64,000 nt of DNA from Auanema rhodensis (Eukaryota > Animalia > Nematoda): contig OZ059897.1 of the NCBI GenBank assembly GCA_964057225.1, positions 11,408,001 to 11,472,000 on the forward strand, given 5' to 3'. The position numbers and the translations under genes are program-made. The notes below the pieces were generated by a model. The model worked only from the letters and a program-made list of their open reading frames with translations. It had not been told where the DNA came from and did not search any database. Shown piece after piece: positions 47,188 through 61,000 of the stretch (positions are counted from its first letter, which is position 1; each line of letters begins with the position of its first letter).

Positions 47188-50100
47188 CGCAATAACCACT
47201 TCCAATAGTGGTCCCTCGTCATCAAGGGTTATTGAAGTTATCACCTTGGATGACAGCAATAATGAGTAAGTTATCGTATAATGAAAAAGCATGAAATTTT
47301 TTTTTTCAGAGAATGGAATCCCGAGATGCCATCAACTAGTGGGGAACAATTAGGAGGCGGTTCATCCTTCAACGATATTTGTCAAATGAAAGTACCAGCA
47401 TTTCCTTTTTTTTAAATGTTACAATTCTTTTCACTCTATATCTTTTATTTGATTACTTATCTTGAACAATTTTGAATTTTGCCAGTTATTTTTAAACGAA
47501 TCATCATACATTTGGAGGCTTTTTGAAAAATAAAATTAAATCTTATCCCAAATCCATGCCATAATATCATTTATTAAATTTTTAATCATTAAAATACACT
47601 TAAATTTAAATATTTTGATGCTCAAAAACTGACACATTTAAATATTTTGTATTTTCTAAACCATTTCACTTCATCTCTTTTATTTAATCCCATATTTTAA
47701 ACAATTTTATAAATCTACTATTATTTAATTTTTATTTATTAAATTTTTAATCATTAAATTACACTTAAATTTAAATATTTTGATGCGCAAAAACAGAAAC
47801 ATTTAAATATTTTGTTTTTTCTAAACCATTTCACTCCATCTATTTTAAACAATTTTATATTTCTACCACTATTTCATAATTTCATTTTTTAAATTTTTAA
47901 TCATTAAAAAACATTTAAATTTCAATATTGTGATGCTCAAAAACTGAAACATGAAACAGATTTATATTTTCTAAGCCATTTCACTTCATCTCTTTTATTT
48001 AATCATATATCTTGAACAAATTTAAATTTCTATCACTTTTTCATAATTTCGTTTATTAAATTTTTAATCATTAAAAAACATTTAAATTTCAATATTGTGA
48101 TGCTCAAAAACTTAAACATTGAAATGTTTTATATTTTCTAAACCATTTCACTCAAAATTTTTTATTTAATCCCATATTTTGAACAATTTTGTAATTCTAC
48201 TATTATTTAATTTTTATTTATTAAATTTTTAAACATTAAAAAACAAAAAAAAAATTGATGCTCAAAAACTGAAACATTTAAATATTTTGTATTTTTCTAA
48301 TCGTTTTGAAACAAACTAAACATTTATTTGATACCATTTCAATTAAATAAAAAATTACGACTATAACAAACAAAGAGCCATAATAATTATAAGCAAAAGA
48401 TGAAAAAATTCATATATATTCTTAAAACTATTTTTATTTAAACTTTTAAGAATAAAAATAAAAAAAAGCATGTAAACTGCTATAAATGTTGTTTATTATA
48501 GTGGTCACACCGGCGCATAAAACGCACCGGTCGTTTTACCAACGTGGTCGTTCGATCGCTCACGTTCCCACACTTGGAAAATGTTGATGAACCAATGCAT
48601 GTTATCATGCCGCGGTTATTCAACGAATTCCTTGATCGTTGTCTTGCTGAAAGCGGTGTGCCTGATAAGCAAAAAGCCTTATTTTGTTTATTAATTGAGC
48701 ACCCTTCCTTTGAAAAGGGCTCCATATTTATGGACTTTCGTAGAAGGGAGCATCTGGATGGCATAGCCATTGTGAATGCCATCAGCAAGGTGCAGCAATC
48801 AAAACGAGAGGCTGTAATCAGCCAGGCAATGAATATTGAGATGTATGTGTTTGATGAAAGGCCAGCGCAGCCAAGCCTGATGCCTGGTGAAGGTAGAGTC
48901 GGGTTTTATTTTGACCCCGAACTCAAAATACCTGGAACCATTGCCAACACTGACTCACATTGTCTGGCTAGATCAGCAGTTGTGGGAATGTGGAAAGCCG
49001 ATGAAGAGGCAGCAGAAGATGTTGTTGAAAAGCGGAGGATACAAAATCTTCGTCGCAACTACATCTTGTTGCCAAATCAACCACATCATATCAATTTATT
49101 AAATAGGTGTGGTATTTCTGTAGATTTACCAAATTATAATTTAATTCATTTAAACATTATTGCCAGCTGTAATACAAACTATAAGTTTGTAGTATATGCT
49201 AGACCGCCTGGACAGCGTATGTACACTATCCAGAAAATATTTAATGAAGCGGCTAGCAAATTGGTAACACTAGGTTACCGAAATAATCACTATGATTGTA
49301 TTACAGCTGGTAGTCGTTCGAAAATTTTTGACGGTATTATATGTCAACACTGTAAGTTATCTTACAATACAGTGTTGCATAGATGTAAAGCCAAATGTAA
49401 AAAATGCCACACCTATAATTGTAATGCGATGGGGAATGTGGTTGAGAGTAGCGTGAGGTGTGATAGTTGTAGAGTTTTGTTTAAAACTCAACAATGCTTC
49501 GATAGGCATTTGCGAAAAGCCTGCCGAAAATTCAAGGTATTTTGTGAAAATTTAAAAAGTTGTACATAATAAGCTTAAATTCAGACATGTGTGGCGTGTG
49601 ATCACTATCACATGGTCCGTGCTGATAGACCGCACAATTGCAATGAAAAATTTTGCAAAAAGTGCGGTCAGACAACGCCTGAAGAGCACTCTTGTTGTTG
49701 GGTTCCACCTAACGACAAGAAGAAGGCTCAACTAAAAAAGAAGCAAGAAAAGTTCAAGGTTTGTAATTGTTATCTTTACAAATGTAATGCTTTCTTGTTT
49801 AAGCTCATATTTTATGACTTTGAAACAGTTGTGTTAAAAAACGGCACAAATGTTCATGAATATGCAGATAAACAATGGCCCAATATGGTTGTGTATAACA
49901 AATTTTGTGAAAGTTGTATAGATGCCAATTCCTGTGAGAAATGCACAACCAAGGAGGGCCAGTTTGGGTACCAACAAGGTGATAGTGAATGGTCTGTAAC
50001 AGATCGTTTCCTTGATTGGTTACTTAACTTTTCTGAGAATGATAATGCAATTTTGATTGCGCACAACGGGTCGCGCTTTGACATTCATTTCTTGGTGTCT

Positions 50101-51858
50101 AGGCTGATGAACCGTGGAATATATCCTGACCCCATTTTAAATGGGACCAAGATTATTAGCATGGTTGTCAAGCCTTTAAGAGGTCAAAACATTAACCATT
50201 TATGTTTTAAAGATAGTTATTTACTAGTGCCTTCACCCTTATCAGCGTTACCCAAGGCATTTGGTGTACCTGATATGAGTTAAGGACAATTCCCATACCT
50301 CTTTAATCATCCAATAAATTATGGCGAAGTGTTACCATCTTTACCACTAAAACAGTACTATTGTACTGCTAGAATGAAAGCAGAAGACCTAGCTTCATTC
50401 AATATTTGGTATGAAGAGCGTAATCAAAGTTTGTTTGATTTTGATGAGGAGCTTCTGGAATATTGTAGGACAGATGTCCGTGTTTTAACCAACTGTATGA
50501 AAGTGTACATGAAGTTGGCCACCGCCACCACTGGCTGGAATCCTGTCATACAATGTATGACATTTGCCAGTTTCTCTTTATTCCAGGCAAGTTTTTTAAA
50601 ATACAAACATTTTCAAAACTAGTATATTACAGTTGAAAATGAACCACATTAAAGAGAACCAAGTGAGTATTCTGCCTGAGACTGGTTATTATGCCGGCCA
50701 GAAGCAGAGTATAATTGCCATAAAATACATAAAATAGCTAGAACACGGATTAGGCCGCCCATTAATGCATAAGCTTAATGGTGGTGAATTTGTTCTGAGA
50801 GTAGATTGCCAACGCTATCTACTTGATGCTTATGACAGTGTGGCTAATCACGGCTATGAGGTGAGTAATTTGTAATAAATGTAAAAAATGAAAAATTTTG
50901 TAGTTTAACGGCTGTATTTATCATGGTTGCCCCCAGTGCACCAACAAGACTGCTATTGCACCAGGCAGAAATGGTGAAACAATGGAAGAGGTAACCAATA
51001 CTTTTTTTTAATCATTTTAAGCTGAAACATTTAGGTTTATGAGAAAACCATGAAAAGGCTTGAAGCTATTCAAAGCCAGGGCATTAGTATAACCACTGTG
51101 TGGGAACACGAAATTACTGCTCAAATGTCATCAAATGAGCAAATGGCAAATTTTATGAAGGACACTGAGGTTGTAACTCGATTGGCACCTCGAGATGCCT
51201 TCACCGAAATGTGACGTGCTTGCACCCACAAATTTGTTGTATCCTGTATTAGGAACACGCATAGGCGGTAAATTAATTTTTACAAACTGCCGCACATGTG
51301 CAAACAGAGGCAAAAATGTAACATGCCCGCACCAAGATGATGAAGACGCTCGAAAGCTGCATCTGACTGTAACGCATGTAGAGCTCGAATGTGCCATACA
51401 GCGTGGCTACAAAGTGCTTCATGTTTATAAGGTTTGGCACTGGGATGAATGGCAGCAAGGCGGCCTGTTTAAAGAGTTTGTACAAAAGTACATAAAAATT
51501 AAACAAGAGGCATCGGGCTGGCCTAAGCCAAATATGACAGAGGCTAAAAAGGTATGTGTCATGAAAAGTATGGCATTAAATAACATTTTACAGCTAAAAT
51601 ATCTCCAAGAGCACGAGGAGAACACTGGTGTTGCTCTGGAGAGCAACAAAATTGAAAAGAATGCGGCTATGCGTAGCATTGTCAAACTACAGCTGAATAG
51701 GTATGTAAACTTTTAAAAATAAAAATTTACAAATTTGCTCATAGTGTATGGGGTAAAATGGGTCAAAGACCGGATAAAGCCCAAACCAAGATTATTGGTG
51801 TTGAGGATCCTGAAATTGGTAGGATCATAACTGATCCTGCAAGGGAACTCATGGGCTT
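47188..51858 (+). pseudogene. Multi-exon pPolB, copy C (motif A and 3' end deleted)
   Basis: Exonuclease motifs YDFET, AHNGSRFD and YCRTDV; same intron positions as copy B; in-frame stops. Confidence 0.88.
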
Positions 51859-51869
51859 CAAAAAAAATC

Positions 51870-51896
<27 letters not shown>

Positions 51897-51900
<4 letters not shown>

Positions 51901-52544
51901 TTATACCATCCAAGTGTGTCAATTAAGAAATTATCACGGTTTGGATATGCAGTTAGCTCCATTTTTGAATAGTTTACAAACAGTCGTTCCTGATTGAATG
52001 AGTCGATACTGATGGGAGCAGCCATCTCACACAATATGCCATTTTTAACAAGCCCTTGTCGCGCTCTAAATCCAGGACTGGCTGCATTATCTAGATATCT
52101 ATCCGCATAATAGCCTGATATGGCAAGTTTGCTCTCTTTAACATCGTTGCTATACATTAGAATATTCTTAATATATGTTTTGTAGGCATGATTTACGGTA
52201 GAGTCATACACGCTAACATCACCAATTTTTAAATGATACGAGTGTATCAAACTGGCTGCAAATTGTTGGCATGGTGCAAAAACAAGGTTGTCTGGTACTG
52301 GATCACCGTTTGTGGTTACAATTTTGAATTTTACATTCAACCAACACCTTCTCAGATTAAGAAATGATTTGGAATTTTAGGCTATAACAAATTCCCATGG
52401 TCCTTGAGGAAGAAAAGTATTTTTCAAAAATTTTTCTTGTACAGTACGAGTGGATTCAACACCCAATGCCGACGCTGGTATATCACCATAGTTAATATTA
52501 GGTAAAAGGGCTTGTGCTGATTTTGAATCTATCAGTTTAGCCAT
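51897..52544 (-). pseudogene. Major capsid protein 5' half, copy C
   Basis: Near-identical to 4577-5220; truncated at a poly-A junction. Confidence 0.9.
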
Positions 52545-52911
52545 TTAAATACGATACGACCGCTCACGAGTTATGCACAGACTTATGAGGTTTTGTGGTT
52601 TTGCGTCGTCGCCGTTTGCCCAAGCCGGTAAGATCTCGTATAGCTTGCCGGCCGGCTGTTTTAAGAGTTTCCTTGATATTATCGCCTTTCAGCACCTCAT
52701 TGACAATTTCATTACCAGTTTTCAGCAACTGTCCGCCAAGAGGTGAATTTACAACTGGACTATTGCTTACAGCACTGGATAATGCGTTCCTTCCAGCATT
52801 GATGAGATTTTGGGCTATAGGTGATTGAATAATGCGAGGTAAAAACGATGCCAAAGTTGCCAGTATACCACCCAGGCCATGACCTTTCTGCATACCACGT
52901 TGAAACATCAT
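52545..52911 (-). pseudogene. pVI-like protein, copy C (small deletions)
   Basis: QKGHGLGGIL motif. Confidence 0.7.
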
Positions 52912-53025
52912 TCCACTTTTGATTCAAAAGTGTTGTCCATTGAATTGAGTTCAAGTCTAGAAGGAGGTGTGGCATATTGAACCGCACGTGCGCAATACAA
53001 AAGTTACACTAGATCGTTTTGCTAA

Positions 53026-53481
53026 ATGTATTCGTCTGAAATAGCGTCACTATTGCGATCTGTCCGCATCACTCGAAAACTATTCCTAGGTGTATTTAGC
53101 GCCGATACTCTACCCAAAACACGTCGAAAGAACTTTGCACTTGTTGTAAATAGTGACACACACGATAAACCGGGCACACATTGGCAAGTCATCTTTGTAC
53201 GTAATTATCAAGCCTACTTTTTCTGTAGCTTGGGTTATAAAATGAACAAGTACATTCGTCATTATCTGGCCAAATATAAAAATGTAAAAGTTAATACTTG
53301 CAAACCTCAACGCATAATTGAATACACTTGTGGTGGTTATGTGGTTTTTGTAATACTAATGTTGTCAGCTGGTAATACATTTGAAAGCATCTGTTCATCT
53401 TTTAAACTATTACAAAACGATGATGTCTTTATTAAAGCGTTTATGCATAAAGTATTCGACTATAAATTGGCTACTATATAA
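53026..53481 (+). CDS. Adenain-like protease, copy C
   Basis: PGTHW and TCGGY. Confidence 0.93.
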   Translation: MYSSEIASLLRSVRITRKLFLGVFSADTLPKTRRKNFALVVNSDTHDKPGTHWQVIFVRNYQAYFFCSLGYKMNKYIRHYLAKYKNVKVNTCKPQRIIEYTCGGYVVFVILMLSAGNTFESICSSFKLLQNDDVFIKAFMHKVFDYKLATI

Positions 53482-53902
53482 GAAATTTGTCATTAATAAC
53501 CTGCTACATTACGTGGCCAGTTGTCACATCTGCTAGCACATGGTAAACATGTGCGCGCTATTCAAATAGCGGGAGCCTGAACAAGCCCCGCCTACAACAT
53601 GGGACACACATGGCACTCTTGCTTCTGGCCTAACCCAGATAGGTTGTCTTATAGTCATGTGAGTCTCATCTCTATATCATCTATATATATACTCTATTTA
53701 ATACTTTATTAGATCTCTCTATATTCTTTCTTAATGTAATTCTTATATTGTATTTTCTTGTTATCTGATAATGAATTCTTTTCTCGTTAAGTATTTGTCT
53801 TAATAAGGAAATCGAAGCGCTCGGGTCTGCCTACCTAAGGAACAAGGTAGAAGTACATATATCTTCCGACCATGAAAAGACGGGAAGAAACAATATGTAA
53901 CG

Positions 53903-53915
53903 TGGAGGTTCCACC
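53903..53915 (+). promoter_or_regulatory. Primer-binding site, probably tRNA-Gln
   Basis: TGGAGGTTCCACC is complementary to the metazoan tRNA-Gln(CUG) 3' end GGUGGAACCUCCA. Confidence 0.8.
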
Positions 53916-55055
53916 TTGCTTACTCTACTGTTAATTTATTGACAGCAAGTTTACGAGACTTTTGGACTTAATTACCCAACAGTGAGGAGTAACCGAGCCG
54001 TGCACCATGATTTCCCCAAAAATTATTTTGGCTACCACTTCTCCTCCGCTCAACAAAAACTGGGAGGTGTCTGAGACGTTTGGGGAAACTATCAGACAAT
54101 AGTTTTGACGAGCGTTACCTTTTTGTTATGCACGCGCGTGCTATTTTGATTCATTACTTTATGATGTGAATGTCCAGTGTGGCAACAGAGCTCACTTTTT
54201 AGCTGAGTTGTTTGGAAGCTGGAGGCTGTTGGGATAATTTTATTTACGATTTTTTGATTTTGATTCACATCCAAGGGTTCATCAGGGTTCTACTCCTGTT
54301 AACTCTTTTCTTATTAGTTCAGAGATAATAAGAATATTTGAATTCCTACCCACCCAAGTCCACTCTACGTCTGCCAACGTTTCCTTTTTCCTATATTATT
54401 GACAGATTACTGAATTTAAATTCCTATATCAATCTTAAATTACCTTCTATATCTTTTGAAATTAAATTAAAAATTATCTTAATTAAGATTTATTTTGAAA
54501 TTCTTTCTACAAATCTTAATAAACTTTATAAAATTGAACTTAATATACGAGATGAGACATTTTTGTTTACTTTAAGCTTACTCACATTCAAATAGTTGAC
54601 CCACGCGTACCAGCTGTTCGACATGTGTAGTCAATAACAGCTGTTAAAATTCAAAAGTTTTCAAACAGGCTTAAGGCACCATCTGTGATTCCTTATTTGT
54701 CTCTAAGCTGACATTAGTGATTATAATATTCAAATATCACGACAGACGGTCAATGGTTGTTTACCATAAGCGCTAACATCTGGTGTCGTGACACATGGCT
54801 GGAGGCGGAGCTTGAAGCTTCAACGATCCTCCTTCATCAGACGCCATTGTCACAAACGTTTTTACTGGAGTCTAGTTGCTTCCAGTACGCGCTCTTATAT
54901 TCATCTAACTGTATTCACCAGCCACCCTGTCGGACTCGGACATCAGCAAGGAAAACAAAGATCAGGAACAAGGATCACCAGAGGTACGCCAAGTTTTTGA
55001 ATTTAATTCTAAAAACTTAAATACTCCATCCACCTACCTCTCTCCTTTTGAATTT

Positions 55056-58000
55056 TTGAGAGAAGAAGGTGATTCCTCTTCTTCTTCTCACTCTTCTTCT
55101 CTAACAATTAGAACGAGAAGTAAAAGCAGAAAGGCCATCACTGAGGAAACACCTCGGGCACCTACTACAGTACGAAATAGATCACCAAGTCGGTGGGCCG
55201 CTGCTATAACTAAAGCTTTTGAAAGAAAAATGACTCCTACCTCTCCATCTCCTAATTCTAATGTTGCTCCACCCTCTAGAAATATGGCAACTATTTTGAA
55301 TTGCCATCTCTGTCCCAGGTATGAAGGCTCTCGTAGCTTTCGTTCTTTTGTTGAATCTTTAAATAGATTTTTTAATGTTATGAATCTAAGCTTACCTGAG
55401 AGACTATTAATTTTGCCTCTTCTTTTGGAATCAAATGAAACAGCTCTCTCCTTGTATAATAGTATTCCTAGTGGCATAAGAACTAATGGCCCATGGATTG
55501 TTTTGATGGATCAGCTCACTGAGCTTTTAGCGCCTAAAACAGATAAAAATTTCACCATAGCGCTTATTCATCGAGTACAACAAGGAGATAAATCTGTTCT
55601 TGATTTTAGTATGGAATTAGAGAGAATGGCAAGCACCATAATGTCACCAACGGATCCCGAGCGGGAACCAATGTTGAAAACGGCATTTTTAAATGGTTTA
55701 AAAGAGGAACTGGATATTGCGGTTTTAACTAAAAACCCCGCCACTTATGAACAAGCTAAGAAATTAGCTAGGTTTGAAGAAGGCGTTCGAAATAGCTTCA
55801 TGAAAAGAAATGAAGACACCAGCACCTTGAAGGAGCTCATAAATGCTTTACAGCATAAATTAAGCTTTAGTGAAGAAAGAGAAAGAAGTAGGAAAAATAA
55901 TAATAATAAAAATTATAAAAATAATAAAAATAATAAAAAAAATAATAACTGGACTCAGCACAATAATGGCTCTAATGATTATGAGCGAGAGAGAGAGCGA
56001 CCTTCTGCCGTACGTTATAATAATAATAACTCGCAGAACGGGAATATGAATAGGCGTCCTAACCCGGGAAACCGCCCATTTGCGAATGGCAGAAATGCCA
56101 ATAGCTCGTCTTGGAACCCTAGGCCAAGTTCCCCAAGAAGACAAAGACCATCAGCCAATGGGAATGGTAACTCAAGGGTATACAGCGTAGCGACCCCATT
56201 CATGCCACCGGTCACGTTGTGCCTGACTTTATTGGCACTCTCATGCCTTCCCTTTGGGTCGGCAAAATATCAGATTTGCGCTCAATCTGAAGGGGGTATA
56301 TTAGTAACACCTCCTGTGGTCACAGGCTGCCATAAGGCAGAAATTGAAAAGGCTCACAGTGTTGAGGTAGAAATATATCTACCAAAGGCTGAGATAGAGT
56401 CATGGGAAGCATGGAAATGCTATGTGAAAAAGTATAAAAGCTGTGTGAGAGATTTCATGTTTTTGAGAGATCGTAACACCACATTCTCTCATATTAAAAC
56501 AGTAGATAAGAAAGATTGTGTTCGAGCACATAGAAATCGTATGTGGAATGATAAAATCATGAATGCCCAACAGCATTCAGTTTTTGAAACACCATTAAAC
56601 GAGCATAATCCAACTCGCTCTTGGTCCACTGAAGAATGTAGAAATTGAACAATTTGTATTGAAGCGAGGGAGAAATTGAACAATTTGGAGAAATGGAGAA
56701 ATTGAACAATTTGTATTGAAGCGAGGGATAATAACTAGATTGAAAGAAGATCACATTGTATCAGACTTATTTATAAATACTGATAATTGTAAAGGAAATG
56801 AAGGGTTTTGTGCAACTGGTGAAGGTGCAGTTATCTGGCAACCACCTATCCCATTAGTTGTCTGTCACTATCAAAAACTTGGCCCCTTCTCCGCCATGTT
56901 GGATAATCATATTCTTCTAGTTCACTCTATTGAAAGCGCTTTTGTTCTCCAAAATCATTCCACATCCGCTCACGTTCAATCTTGTTTCGAATTCGCTGTT
57001 TTTGAATCATCTTCTGAGGCAATTATCCAATTCACAGCATATCCCCGTGTTTATAATTTGCTTGATCTTTCCAATACTTTGCTTAATGCTGATAGACGCA
57101 GAAATAAACGTAATGCATTACCTCAAAAACATCGCTCTTTCAGTGATGATTATCTTTTTGTTAATGCGAAATCCCAACCATATGCGTTTCCATTTCTAAG
57201 ACCTACTTTCATTTTTGGATCTGCATCTATCACTAAGTTTTACGCAAAATATATGAGATATGCAGCTACATCATCTTATGAGAGTTTGCTCCAATTCGCG
57301 ATAGATAATCCACTGTTCATTGACACAATTGTTAGTTTAGGATTGACAAAAGATCATATAACTAACTGGGCGAAGTCTAATAATTTCAAAGATCCCAATC
57401 TTTTGATTTTACAATGTATGGGTATAGAGGAAATTAAACTGGCTACTAGACAGATGATTAACAGCATGAAATTGGATGATCTTATCACTCAAGTAGCTCG
57501 TCGTATAGAAGTTCCTCGGTTAAAAAGATCGTTGAGGAAATCTACAACATCCATAGAAGACTTCTTTCGAGGAATGGCTCACGCAGTAGTATATCAAGCC
57601 ACAATTCTTGATGGTACACAAACAGTTCCATCAATCGAACAGTTGGCCAGAGCCTTATATCCATCTATATTACCACGCAGTGGAAATATGAATCAATCTG
57701 AAATTATTGCAACTGCTCAAGGCATGTTATTCATGATCCAACAACAATCGGGAAAAGAACAAATATCTCGTGACATGCAAGTCAGTCGACAACAAAAAGC
57801 TGATGCTACTGTTAGAAACAACCAAGAGCAAGATTTAGCAATTATATCCAAGCTGCCTGACTATCACAACCTTTATACAAAGAATAGTACAGCATATTAT
57901 GGATTTCCTCCACAGTCCATCGAATACCCACAGGAAAATTCTAAATTCAATAAAACAGAAGTTTTAGAATTTATAAGTTGGGTTAAAACTCAAATTACAA

Positions 58001-61000
58001 CTGATAAAAATATGTTACATCATACTACTGTAACCCCAATAACTGCCACCAAAACTACAATTCGTAGTTTAACAACTCCTACCCCTAATGCGTACGAGAG
58101 AGGTCGAGAGTTGTATGTAGCAGAAGTATATGACAATGTTCTCCACAAATCAGAGCATAAAACTAAAACGATAATAGATAATAAGTTGAATTATGGGTTT
58201 GAGAAAGCGCGTCTCTCCATAATTGACGAATTTCATCAACAGTTTCATACCATCTGTAAATCTCAAATGGAAACTGTAAAAAGCTGGCAAGCTATATTAC
58301 GTATACATCCTACAATAGGAGTACGAGCTATGCTTCAGCGGGATGATATCGTTGCCCGATTTGTTGGAAGAAATGTTTTAAAAATAACAACTTGTCAGGA
58401 AATAGAACCACATTTCATTTATCGTAATCATTCTTACAATGATAAATGTTATGCAGAGACCCCTGTTTTAACACACGATAAACAATTATTATTTGCTCCT
58501 ATCGATAGCTACGATTTGAGCACTGAAGGACATGAGATCAATTGTGAACACAAAGAGACAGAGATTTGGTATGAAAATGGAACATGGAGAGATTATAAAG
58601 GTGACACACATAAAGTAGATAGTATTCATTCAGAAAAACATGATCATTATGCTGAATTGAGTAAACTTCGATTCACAGGGCGGAATTTGTTTGAAAATTC
58701 GACTGAAAAATCCTTAGCCCTATCTATTGGATTAACTTATGGTTATAGTTTATCTACTTCACCTCACCATGATCTTCTCCGCGTAATTTCTCGTTCACGT
58801 GATTGGCCTCAAATTTCCTCTTTCATCTTCAAAGGAAGTAAACTTATAAGAGATGCCAGGAAAATTGTTTTCTCCAACTGGGATCTGTTCATTGACTTTT
58901 GTATAGGTTCAATTGAACGAACACTCATTACCATCGGTTGTATAACTCTGATATTATGTCTAATGATAGCATTATATTTCACTATAAAATGTTATCTCTC
59001 CCCTACTTCTATGTTAAAAATAAACCATATCATGTTGAGCCCAACAGCTCCACCACTTGAGGGAGATGAGATTCATGAAACAGTTAGTGATGAATTGATG
59101 CGGAGCTATTTTCCCACCATCATAACTTACATTCCTTCAGCCATACCTTTTGTATGTCACACAACAACAAAGAAAAATGGACACATGTTACCGTTTGTTC
59201 ATATTGACATTGAAGGTAGAGGACTGTTAGCATTATGGGATTCTGGAGCTACGATCTCATATATTCCGTTCTCCACATTGGCATATATTGGAAGACAATA
59301 TTTTACAAAATATTCTAAATCTGCATCCACTGCAAATGGATCAGAGTTTCGCTTTGTGGGAAAATGCAAGTTAGATGTGGGTATAGCAGGTTACCAAGTG
59401 GAACACGAATTTTTAATATCTGAAGACAATGACTGTCCAGGACAAATGTTACTTGGTACTGATTTTATGCGTACGTTGGAAGAAAGAGAGATATTTACTA
59501 CATTAAAACTATGTAAAGGAAAGTTGATTGTTGGTAATATGGAAACACCCTTAGTAAAACCTGGTTGTTTTGCATATAAAACCACAACTAAAACAGTAAA
59601 TATCATAAGTTTGTCCACAGTAACAGTTCCACCACATAGTACATCCCACATATCTTTGCAAACAGGACCAGAATTAGATTTTGATCAATATGCTCTTTTA
59701 AAATCTAGCACAGGTCCTATCTCAATTCCAGATGCCGCCATAGGACCTTTTCCTATTACTATGGTAGTATCAAACAATTCTTCAAAGCCAATTAAAATTA
59801 ATAAAAATGACCACATTGGTTCAGGACTTATAGCATCTAAAGAAATTATGAACGATTATGTTCCACCTGAAGCTGATTGGGAAGATAAGTTACCAACTTT
59901 TCCTCAGCATCTTTTGGATGATTTGAACTTCAATTCTTGCACTCTGTCTCATAAAATGAAGAAAAATCTGATCACAATCATTAAGGAAAACCAAACGGCA
60001 TTTTTCAACCATGATCATAATATTGGTCTCTTTTGCGGACCAGTTGAACATGCCATTCCTATAAGATCCGATATGGATTTTCCAAAAAGTAGATCTTACA
60101 GAGTACCATTGGGTAAGCAAGAAGAAGTAGAACGGCAAGTGAAAGAAATGTTGTCGCAAGGTATAATCGAAAATTCGACGGCTACTTTCACTAGTCTGGT
60201 TGTTCTTGTAAAAAAGAAAGATAATTCTTTTCGGTTTGTTACTGACTTTAGAGCATTGAATAGTGTTACTAAGAAACAATCATACAGCATCCCACACATT
60301 CCTGATATCATAGACTTAGCGGCTGGAGCTCAGTTCTTTTCGAATTTTGATCTCATTTCTGGTTTCTTCCAAATACCGTTGAAACGCTCAGATAGATACC
60401 TAACTGCTTTTACCACTCCATCAGGTACCTATCAGTATTGCCGAATGCCTATGGGATTGTGTGGAGCGCCACACACTTTTCAATCCGCAGTACGATACTT
60501 ACAATCTCTTGTTAGATGCAAACTGTTTGTATATCTAGATGATTTGCTAATAATTTCGAACTCAGCTGAAGAACATTTAAGAGATATACAAGAAGTGCTG
60601 AAAAAGGTCACTGAACTAGGGTTAAAAATAAAGTTATCTAAATGTTGCTTTGCAGCCACTGATGTAAAGTTTTTGGGTTTTGTAATAGGTAGAAATGGTG
60701 TTAAACCAGATCCTGCTAAGATACAGGCTGTTTCCGAATTTCCAAATCCAAGTACAGTTACGGCTGTCAGATCCTTTCTAGGTATGACTAACTATTTTCG
60801 ACGGTTTATTCAAAATTATGCCGGAATAGCTGAGTCATTGTATAAGTTAACACATAAGGATACTCCTTTTGAGTGGAAATCGGAACATGCAGACGCATTT
60901 AAAACTTTAAAAACATTACTGTGTACTGCCCCTGAAGCAAATGACAGTCGTCCTACTAAACCAAAGGACAAAGTAAAACCTGTTAATGCTTTTATTGCTC

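Noticed and set aside
51859-51896. Poly-A tract as a retroposed mRNA tail
   Set aside because: The upstream pPolB keeps its introns and there is no TSD; it sits at a deletion junction.
56640-56716. Programmed frameshift between gag and pol in family 2
   Set aside because: The break lies inside env, is made of local duplications, and family 1 is continuous at this point.
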